DNA of 63,967 nucleotides, the filler included, from Conidiobolus incongruus B7586 (taxonomy: Eukaryota): assembly GCA_000697335.1 (NCBI GenBank). It is 11 parts of 11 records of this genome, joined end to end, with 100 filler letters (N's around TTAATTAATTAA, not from the genome) between each part and the next. Parts side by side here need not be neighbours in the genome. Positions count along the whole stretch, not along the records: positions 54,320 to 63,967 come from JNEM01007351.1; 10 more parts are not named here. One strand, 5' to 3'. A program made the position numbers and the translations under genes. Below the pieces are notes generated by a model. The model was given only the letters and a program-made list of their open reading frames with translations. It was not told where the DNA came from and made no database searches. Each line of letters starts with the position of its first letter. Positions within the stretch are counted from its first letter, which is position 1. Below, piece by piece: positions 54,320 to 63,967 of this stretch.

Positions 54320-57300
54320 TAAGTATAGTTTAATTTTAAATATGTAAAAGGTAAAGTTGATCCTTAAAGTTAAAGGTAATTTTAAGGTAATATTTTCAAA
54401 ATTTGAATCAATAGATTAAATTTTATAGGGACTATAATATAATAGTAAGTATTTGGGATTTAAGCTAGATTTAAATAGGGTAAGTTTAAGGGTAAATTAT
54501 TCTAAGTATATAAACATATTAGTTTTATATTTAAAAAGGTTTCTAGATAACTTTAAGTATTGTTATTCTATAATCCTTTGATTTTTTTCTAAGTTAAATT
54601 TAACAAGGGAATTAATATATTTGATATTAGATTATAATTCAACAATGTTTAAAGGTAAGTTAATTTAAAGTTTTAGAGTAATTATTAAATTAGGATATTT
54701 ATTATAATTAATAAAATAAAAGTTAAAACCTATTAATTTATTAATAAAAGTGTTGAATAAATATTAAAGTTGGTAGATATAAGCATCTTAATTTAATTGA
54801 TTAGTGTTAATATAAGTTTTAATCATTTGCTTTAAGGTTTTAATAATTTTTTTAGTGAGTTTATTGGTTTAATAATAATTAATAGTAAATATAGTTAGGT
54901 TAATCTTAAAAAAAAAAGATAATAACTTCTAAAATCAAGAGTTGAATTGTATATCTCTATCAAATATAATAGTTTGTAGAATTTTATAGTAGGTAAAAAT
55001 ATTAAAGAATAACAATTATGTAATATTTTTAGCTGTAGAAGTTTTAAAACAAGGAATAAAATAACTATATTTGGAAAATAAATTAATTACAATTAGTAAA
55101 TTATTATAACTATTTGTTGTTTTAAAAATTTCTATAAAATCAAGTTAGATTTGTTGTTAAGTTTTATTAGAGACTTATAGGGGAATAAGTTTATTATATT
55201 TTAGTTGAGTATTATATTTAGTTCTTTAACATATATCACAAGTATTAGTGTATTTCTGAATTGATTTAACTAGGGAAAGTTAGTAGTACCTTATTTTAAT
55301 TCTCTCAGCAATTTTTAACTAGTTTTAATATCCTCCAACAAGTAAATTATAATATTCATTAAATATTGTTTGTTAGATTTTAAGAATGTTAGGAATATAT
55401 AAATAATCATTATAATATAATAAGTTATTAATAATTTTAAATCTTTTAACATATTTTAATTAGTTTTCTAATAGTTTAAAGAGTTTTTCTTTAACTAAAA
55501 TAAAAAAATCATTATTTAACAGTGTTTCTTAAAGTAGTTTAATAAATTTTTTATTTCCTTCATTAATAATTATTAAGTTAATATTTGCTAGATTTTTACA
55601 ATTAGAATAAAAAGGTAGGTATGTAAGATTTTTTAACAAAGTATCTACAATATAGTTTTATTAACCTAAGAGATATTGAATAAAGAAAAAATAAGCTTAG
55701 ATAGTTTTAATCTATTTAACTTATTTTCTTAATAAATGTTTCTGAGTATTTAAGTAGATAAGTGATTTATGATTTATAAGTGCTAAAAAAAAATTGCAAG
55801 ATAAGAAATGTAAGTGATTTTTAATTATTTCTACTAAAGTAAAAAGTTCTTATTTATAAACTAGATATTTTAATTCAGCTGGTTTTATTTTTTTTAACTA
55901 GAATATTATTAGTTTTAAAGTAACATTTGTAAAGTTAAACTTAATTTATTCTCTTTTATTTATTATTTTATCCTATTGTTATAAAATAAAATATAAATTA
56001 AATTTAAACTAGGCTAATTATTTACTAATTACAAAAGAATTAAAGTTAGTAAAAATAATAATAGGTAGTTTTAAATTAAAAATAGATAAAGCAAAAATAT
56101 TAATAATATAGAAAATTAAAGTATTTATATAGAAAGTATATAATAGGGTTTATTTAAAAAGAGAGTTTTTCTTTAAAAGATTAATAAAAAAAGCAGTAAG
56201 TTTAACAAAAGAATCAATGAAATTTTTAAAGTAATTTAATAATTTAAGTACAAATATAAGTTGATCTTTGTTTATAAATATAATAAAAGCTTTAACACTA
56301 TTGAGTTTAGTTAGATTAATACTAATTTTTTAAGAGGAAACAATATAACTACAAAAAAAAATAGAAGAAGCACTAAAGATATATTTTAATAATTTTAAAG
56401 GTAATTTATATTCTTGAATAATTTGTAAAATTTAATTAATATGTTAAATATATTCTTCTTTAGTTTTTAAATAAATTAAAATATTATTAAAGTAAGTAAT
56501 AACAAAGTTATTAAAAACAAAGTTAAAAAGGGAATTAATAAATTAAGTGAAAATTATAAGGGTATTACACAATTTAAAGTTTATAACAGTAAATTTATAG
56601 TAACTTAAAAGAGTATTGAAAGTAGTTAAAAGGATAAAATTTTCTTCAACTTTAATGTTGTAATATCTATTCTTAACATTTAGTTTGGTAAATATAGTTG
56701 ATTTAAGTAGTTTATCCTTAATATTATATAGGTTTAATAATAAAGTTTTATCCTTAATAGTTTTAAAGTTTAAAACATAGTTATCAATATATAATCTCTA
56801 ACCACCATTAACTTTTTTTACAAAGAAGATTAGAAATCTTTATAGTAAGGAAAAAAGCCTAATATACCCATTTTTAAATAGTTTTTAGATTTCTTCTTTT
56901 AAAGTTTAATATTGTTTAAGAGATAAATGATAAGTAAACTTTAAGTATAGTTGTATACTAAAGAGTAGTTTAATTTTATGCTTAATATTATATTTAAAAG
57001 GTAATCTATTTATAAATTCAAAAACATTAGCAAATTAACTTATTATATTATATAAATAGTGGTTATTAGGTATAACTTTATTGAAATCAACAGATAAAGT
57101 ATTAATAGATGAATAATAAACAAATATATATCCTTATAAATTATTAGGGTTTTTAATTAGTTTTTTATATTGGTTTTTGTTTATAATAATAAAGTTATTT
57201 GCTACAATTGTAGAGTTAGTGTTAGGTATAGTATTTAATAATTTTATAATAGGGTAATATAAGTTTTTTAAGATTAATTCTACTAATTTTTTTTAGAATA

Positions 57301-58969
57301 TAAAAGAAATAGATTTGTAACTTTCTAAGGTAATATTTATAAATATTAAACTATAATATTTAAACTAATTTTAACCTAATATAAAATTATAACTAATGTT
57401 ACCAACTAGAAATTTAATATATTGGGAGTAGTTAGGGGGTAATGATAAATATTTAAATATAATACTAGATGTTTATTTTATTAAGTTGTTAACATATTTA
57501 ATTATTAAGTTACTTTTTTAAGTAGGTAAAGGTAGTTTTATAATAATAAAAGAAAAGATAATATAATTAGAACAACTAGAATCAATTAAAACACTAATAG
57601 GTGTGTTTATAAAAAAACTAATTAATATAAATAATAAAGTGATAGTTAAAGGTAAAAAATTATAAGATAAATTAGTTACTAGAATATTTCTAGTTTCTAA
57701 TAGTTTAATCAGTTAGATTTCTCTAGTATAAATAGTTTAATTTGTAGAATTAGTAGTCTATTAAAACTTTTATAGATTAAATTAGAATCTGCTAATTAAT
57801 TATAAAAAGGGTGATTTTAAAGTTATATTAATATTATTCAAGTTTAATTTATGGTTGGTAAGTTAAGATTATTAAAAATTAAAAAGATGTTGCTTCTTTA
57901 AAAGGTATTTGTTAACTTTATAATTAACTTAAGTCTTTCAACAATAATAACAACTTTTGTTTACTTTTAAATAAGCTTTAACTTCTTTACTAAAGGTTTT
58001 CTTATAAAGCTTTAAAACAGAAACATCTATCATTTGAAACTTAAGTAGGTTAAAGTAAAGTTTAAAAAATTAATTTTTAAGGTAGGAAAATTTAATTATA
58101 GAGTAAAAAATATTATTAATTATAATTGCTATATCACAAATGTTAGAAAAAAACATATTATTAAAGTGTTCTCTATTAACTAACTAGAGTTTTACTTGAG
58201 GGTTAAAGCATTATAATAGTTTATAGATTTATTCTTCTTCAGTGATATTTAATATATTTAAACATATCTTATTAAATTTCTCAATTAATTATCTTGTAGA
58301 AGTTTTTTATTTAAGTTAAAAAAGTTTTTCTCTTGTTAATTAAACTTAATTTTTTAAGTAATACCTCTCTTTAAAAGCTTTTTCTAATTGTTTAAAAGTT
58401 TATATTTTTGTAGTAAATTATCCTCCTAAAAATTTTTTAGGATTAAGTTTATAATAATTTAGTTACTAAATATAAGTAGATTTTTCTAAAAAAAAAGTGG
58501 TTAATTTAAAGATATTTTTTAAATTTTTATTTAAGATTAAATCAAGGTAATTTTTTATATTTTTAAAGTAGTTTTCAAACTTATAAAGGTTTTTAAAACT
58601 ATCATGAGTAGTTAATTTGTTTTTAAAAATATTAAAGAGGTGGTTTAATATATTAACTATAATAAAATAACTAGTTTGTTAGATTTAAACTTTTTAAAAT
58701 ATGTTTTTTTTAATCAAAAGTTATTTAATATAAACTTTTTAGAGGGTAATAAACTCTTAAAAACTAAAGTTTTAGATTTACTCAGTAATTAAGCTGTTAT
58801 TATTATTAAAATAATATAAGGGTATCTCTTTTTTTAATAGTATTATAATATATAATGTTAAATTTAAATGAAATAAATTATAAATAAGATTTAAAATAGT
58901 AATAATTAAGTTTAATACAAATAGTTATTAATTTCTAGTATGTTTTTAATAGTTTTATTATTGTTATTA
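54320..58969 (-). mobile_element. Degenerate Ty3/gypsy element 'D' (gag-PR-RT-RH-IN; 3' end lost in a gap)
   Basis: Protease ISVLIDSSCS at ~57580. RT IFTKLNVKNRYYNIKV at ~56680 and ITYFNNIL (YxDD) at ~56490. Integrase at ~55000. Probable LTR edge tattataata at 58841. Confidence 0.85.
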
Positions 58970-59368
58970 TATAAGTGTAGTGGTAGTTAAACTAATATAA
59001 TATAGAGGAAAACTTAATATAAAAGTAGTGTGTGTAGAATATAATAATATAATGTAGCTGTAGTGTGTAAGTATAAACAAAGTTTAATTAAACTTCAAAC
59101 TAGGATGAGTCACTAATATATTAAGATTTATATTAGGTAGTACCAATATCCTATAATATCAATAGAATATAGTCTTAATTTTAAAAATAGTGTAAAAATA
59201 AAAAATAGTAAGAATTAAAAAGAAAAAAGAAGGACCTAATTTATTAAATAATTTAATGCTATTTATACAATTAATTTAACTATATAATTATAAATTAATC
59301 ATATAATTTATAGTTAATTAGATTATATGAAAGTATATATAAGAATTTAAAGAACTAATCTCTTAACA
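58970..59368. repeat. LTR family B copy at the junction between elements D and E
   Basis: tataag...ttaaca termini, closely similar to 62075-62473. Flanks TATTA/TAAAT do not match. Confidence 0.85.
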
Positions 59369-62300
59369 TAAATAATAAGTTAATAATTAAGTTAGTTTAA
59401 ATTTAACCTAATATAGTTAAAATAATAAAGAGAAATCTTTGTCAAAAGTTTTTATAATGAACCTTTAAAATTATATTTAAATAACCAAAAATTATTTTAA
59501 AATTTATTAGAAAAGAAGAGTAATATCTATCTAAACTTTTATTTATCAGATCCTAATAAGAATAAGTTATATTTCTTATAAATCTTCAAAGTTACTTTAA
59601 ATAAATATCTTATTTCTTTTTTATTTAACTTTAGATATAATAGTATACTTATTAATAAAGATGTTGTTAAGAGATTTAAATTATCTTATGATTAAAAAAA
59701 TATAATATTAAGTTATATAAATAATACCTAATAAACTATTAAAGGATCTTTATATTATAATATTTTATTATTAATAGGTTACTCTAAAAAAATCTAATTT
59801 ATAATAGGTTTTATAAAATATAACACTATTATAGGTTTTAATTGGTTTTAAAAGTATTATCTATTTATCATAAATAAAAATTTATCTAATAAATATATTT
59901 TTTTATTTTGTTATAATAATTTAAGTTATAAGTTAATAATTAATTCTATTATAAAAGAGGGTATTAATAATACTTTTTTCAATAATATAATAATTTCAAG
60001 AACATCCTTTGTGAATTTAATTAAGATATTAGAAAATTAACCTAATAAGATTTACATCTATTTTAATATTATTTTTACTTCTGTAGAAGATTTAAAAGAT
60101 GCTTTAAATATTAAAAATCTATTGTATAAGGTTGTTAATAAATATAGAAATGTTTTTAAAATTTTAACCACTATACCACTAAAGAAAGATATGTCTCATA
60201 AAATTAAATTATTATTTAATACTTAACCTTATCATAAATTACCTCATTATATTTTTCTAAAATAATATAAAGTTCTTTGTGAAAGAATAAATAAGCTATT
60301 AAAATTAGGTTTTATATAACCTTCTATAAACTTTTAAAGTTTACTAGTTTTTTTTTATTAAGAAATATAATAAAGGTTAGTGATTTTACATTGATAATAA
60401 AGTTTTTAATAATAATATAATTAAAAATAAAACTTCTTTACTTAATTTAAATAAAATTAGATATAGATTTATAAGTATAAATTACTTTACTAAAATAAAT
60501 ATTAAGAATAATTATTATAATATTTTTGTTAATAAACAAAGTATCTTTTTAACTGCTTTTAATTGTATATTAAAGTATTATAAGTTTAAACTTATAAATT
60601 TTAAACTTTATAACATACTTGCTACATTTATAAAACTTATAAATAGTTTATTTAGCAAGTATTATAATAATTTTATTGTATGCTATTTAAATAACATTTT
60701 AGTTTATTTAAAAATTTTAGATACTTATATTTCATATGTAAAGATTATTTTATAAATACTTAACTAATTTTAGTTGGCAGTAAAACTCTTTAAATATGTT
60801 TTTGCTGTTTTATTTATTTTATTTTGTGGTTATATTATCTCTTCTAAAGGAATTTTTATCAACCTAACAAAATTTTAAAGATTATACAACATTATAATCT
60901 TTAACAGTAAATATCAAGTAATAACTTTTTTAAGATTAGTTATATATTTTAAAAACTATATTCCTATGTTTATTGAGTTTACTAGTTTTATGTTTAACTT
61001 ATTAAAGAAGGATAAACTATTTAATTAGACCTTTATTGAAACTTTTTCTTTTTATATACTAATCTACAAAATTGCTATAGTTTTAATACTTGTTACATTT
61101 AACATTAAATTACTAGTAATTATGTTTATAAACATGTTTACCTATACTATAAGTAATTAAATAACACAAAACAAAATTATTGAAGATTATAAAAAATACA
61201 ACCACTTTAAAACTTTTAAAAAGGTCACCAAGCATTAAAAAGATTTTAAATATTTAAATCTAAAGCTTTTAGTGTTTTAGTTTAGAAAATTAATACCTAC
61301 TAAATAAAATTATCTTGTATTTAAGTAAAAAATGCTTACATTAGTAGAAATCATAAAAAAGTTAAGTTTTTAGTTATTTTATCAAGAGTTTTTATGCTTA
61401 AACAATTATAAATCATTAATTCACTTAAATTCACAAAAGTATCTATTTAAAAAATAAATTAAATGGATAAAAACTATTTAAAAGAATTTATTCTTAATTA
61501 AATATTTTCTTAGTAAGTAAAATAAGCTTGTAGATATATTGAATAAAAATCAAATCTATATATTAATATGTAATAAATATAAAAAACCAATTGAAACTAG
61601 TTTAACAATTATTATCTTAAATGATAAAAACTTTTATTAAATTTTAAAAGAAAAACTATAATGTGATAACTTTTATTTGATGATTAAAATTAAAATAAAA
61701 GTGAATAATTAGAAAGAATTTTCTAAATATAAAAGATTTTAAATATTAAATGGTTTGTTTTATAAACATAATAAATTATATATTTTAGAATTCTTTAACC
61801 TTCAATTAAAATTTTAAAACAATACCACAACTATAAGTTAAGTAGATATTAATGCTAAATTCAACTTATTAATAAAATTCAAACAAAATATTATATATTA
61901 AAATTAATTAAGTTGGTAAAAAATTACTATAAATCTTATAATAGCTGTTAAAAAAATAAGTAAAATATAAAAAAGGTAGTTGGTGAATTAAATTCCTTAC
62001 CTTTACTATTTAAGCCTTAAGCTTAAATATAATTTAACTTTATAAAAATACCTAAGTTAAAAAAAGGTTATAATTATAAGTATAGTGGTAGTTAAACTAA
62101 TATAGTATAGAGGAAGACTTGATATAAAAGTAATGTGGTATAGAACATTGTAATATAATGTGGTTATAGTGTGCAAGTGTAAACAAAGTTTAATTAAGCT
62201 TTAAACTGGGGTGAGTCACTGATATATTAAGGTTTATATTAGATAATGCTAATATACTATAATATTAACAGGAAATAGTCTCAATCTTAGAAATAATGTA

Positions 62301-63967
62301 AAAATAAAAAATAGTAAGAATTGAAAAGAAAAAGAAGAACCTAGTTTATTAGATAATTCAATGCTATTTATATAATTAATTTAACTATATAAGTATAAAT
62401 TAATCATATAATTTATAGTTAATTGAATTATATAAAAGTATATATAAGAATTTAAAGAATTAGTCTTTTAATAATAATAATATTTTAGTAGTTATTGATT
62501 TATACAGCAGATATACCTATTTTATTCTTACTTATAAAATAATTACAGTATCTAAAATAGTTAACTTGTTAATTAAGAAGGTAATCCTATTATATAAATT
62601 ACTTATTACTACCATCACTAATAGAGATTTGAAATTTACTTTAAAATTCTAGAAAGCTTTTATATAGTATATAAATATTAATATAAAGTTTAATATTATT
62701 TACCATTATTAATTAAATAAACTAATTGAAAAAGTTATTAAAACTTCAAAAAAGATGGTTAAAAATTATATTAACTTTAATTAAAATATTTAGGAATCTT
62801 TCTTACTTTATTTACAATTTACTTATAATAACTTAGTTAATTAGTTTAATAGTTTAACTCCTTATTTTATAAATTATAGATAATATCTTAACTTATTAAT
62901 TGACCTTAATTTAAATATTATCACCAATGAGTTTATTATAAATAAATTAGAAAGATTTAAATTAATCCACTAAATAACTTTAGAATCAACTAAGTTATAA
63001 CAAATATACAATGAAAATTATTATTTAATATTCTACAAAACTCTACTTAAATATAAATCTAAGTCTTTAGTCCTTTTAAATATAATAAATATACCTATTA
63101 CCAAGCAAATATCTAAAAACAACATAAATTAAAAGCTTTTACTATGTTAGATTAAGCTATTCTATATTTTTAAAGCAAACTCTAAACCTAGAAATTTTAA
63201 ATCAAAGTTACTAAAAACTTATAAATGTCATTTAATCTTCTATACTTTATTGTTAAAACCATACTATTATTTTAAAGATAAGTTTCCTGATTAAAATTTT
63301 AAAGAACCTCTATTATCTATTATTAATAATCAAAGGGATAAAAAATATTATACTAATGAAATTCTTATATATAAAACAAAATATAGAAAACCTTATTATT
63401 TTATAAAGTAGTTAAGCTATTTTAATTTTAAATTAACTTAAAAATCACTTAAAGTGATTAAAGATACTCACACTTATTTATCCTATATTAAAAAGATTAA
63501 AAGGAGTAAAACTATGCTAATAATTTAATATAGTTTAAAAGGGGTATAAGTATTATAATAATTATTATTTAATTGATACCTTTTCTTACTCTAATTTACT
63601 ATTAAAGACCTAATTATCCAAATTAGGTTTTATCAAAATTTTACAAATCTTTATATTTAAGTAACTTTATTATTACTTAACCTTATATACTTATATATAT
63701 ATATTCTACTTAATTATAAAAAAGACTCAGATCTTTCTCTTTAGCTTATATACTAATTTATATTATTTCTTACACAAATAAACCTTTTGCTTAACTATTA
63801 ATATATTCCTTATTATTATTAGTTAACATCTTAATACTAAAGGATTTAATTATTATATATGTCCTAAAGTATTAAAAAACTTGCTTCCTTTATCTTTAAT
63901 TATTGTTATTCACTTATATTAATAATATTTCAATATATTTAAAAATTAAAGAAAAATATATTTAATA
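59369..63967 (+). mobile_element. Degenerate Ty3/gypsy chromovirus 'E' (5'-truncated: pol, chromodomain, PPT, 3' LTR)
   Basis: Protease remnant LFNFRYNSILI at ~59630, RT CYLNNILVY at ~60681, integrase KGYNNILVVIDLYSRYTYFI, chromodomain KYYTNEILIYKTKYRKPYYFIK*LSY at ~63345. PPT AAAAGGGGTATAAG at ~63537, then an LTR start tattataata at 63551. Confidence 0.88.
62075..62473. repeat. Solo LTR family B inserted in the gypsy E integrase
   Basis: Perfect 5-bp TSD ATAAT/ATAAT. Removing it restores the integrase frame. Confidence 0.92.

Noticed and set aside
33395..63967. Alternative genetic code (TAA/TAG read-through) as the explanation for in-frame stops in the TE frames
   Set aside because: The stops replace W, Q and R alongside D>N, G>R/S, E>K and P>L changes at catalytic residues, which is mutation rather than recoding. 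Host genes terminate at normal TAA/TGA.
1..63967. tRNA, rRNA, CRISPR arrays, telomeric repeats, organellar origin
   Set aside because: None recognised. The AT richness is explained by nuclear intergenic DNA and mutated TEs, and spliceosomal introns indicate a nuclear locus.

Overview
This is a very AT-rich eukaryotic scaffold, almost certainly fungal: it has a Zn2Cys6 gene and short GT-AG introns of 51-57 nt. An early-diverging lineage such as Entomophthorales/Conidiobolus-like is my guess, not something the sequence proves. Ten 100-bp assembly gaps each carry a TTAATTAATTAA linker. A gene island at ~3.9-20 kb holds four genes: a CAD-type zinc alcohol dehydrogenase whose first catalytic Zn cysteine is replaced by Ser, an 8-exon WDR7/Rabconnectin-3beta-like gene, an arylamine N-acetyltransferase, and a small Zn2Cys6 regulator. 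The flanks (1-1.7 kb and ~27-64 kb) are a gene-free graveyard of nested transposons: about 10 segments of a DD34E Tc1 family with Sleeping-Beauty-like IR-DR ends, a DD34D mariner family, four Ty3/gypsy elements (two with chromodomains) and solo LTRs. The strongest signal is repeat-restricted C>T/G>A hypermutation. CpG is essentially erased across ~37 kb of repeats but retained in genes, and non-CpG cytosines are also hit, which points to a RIP-like or methylation-coupled genome defence system. All alignments and counts were done by eye.
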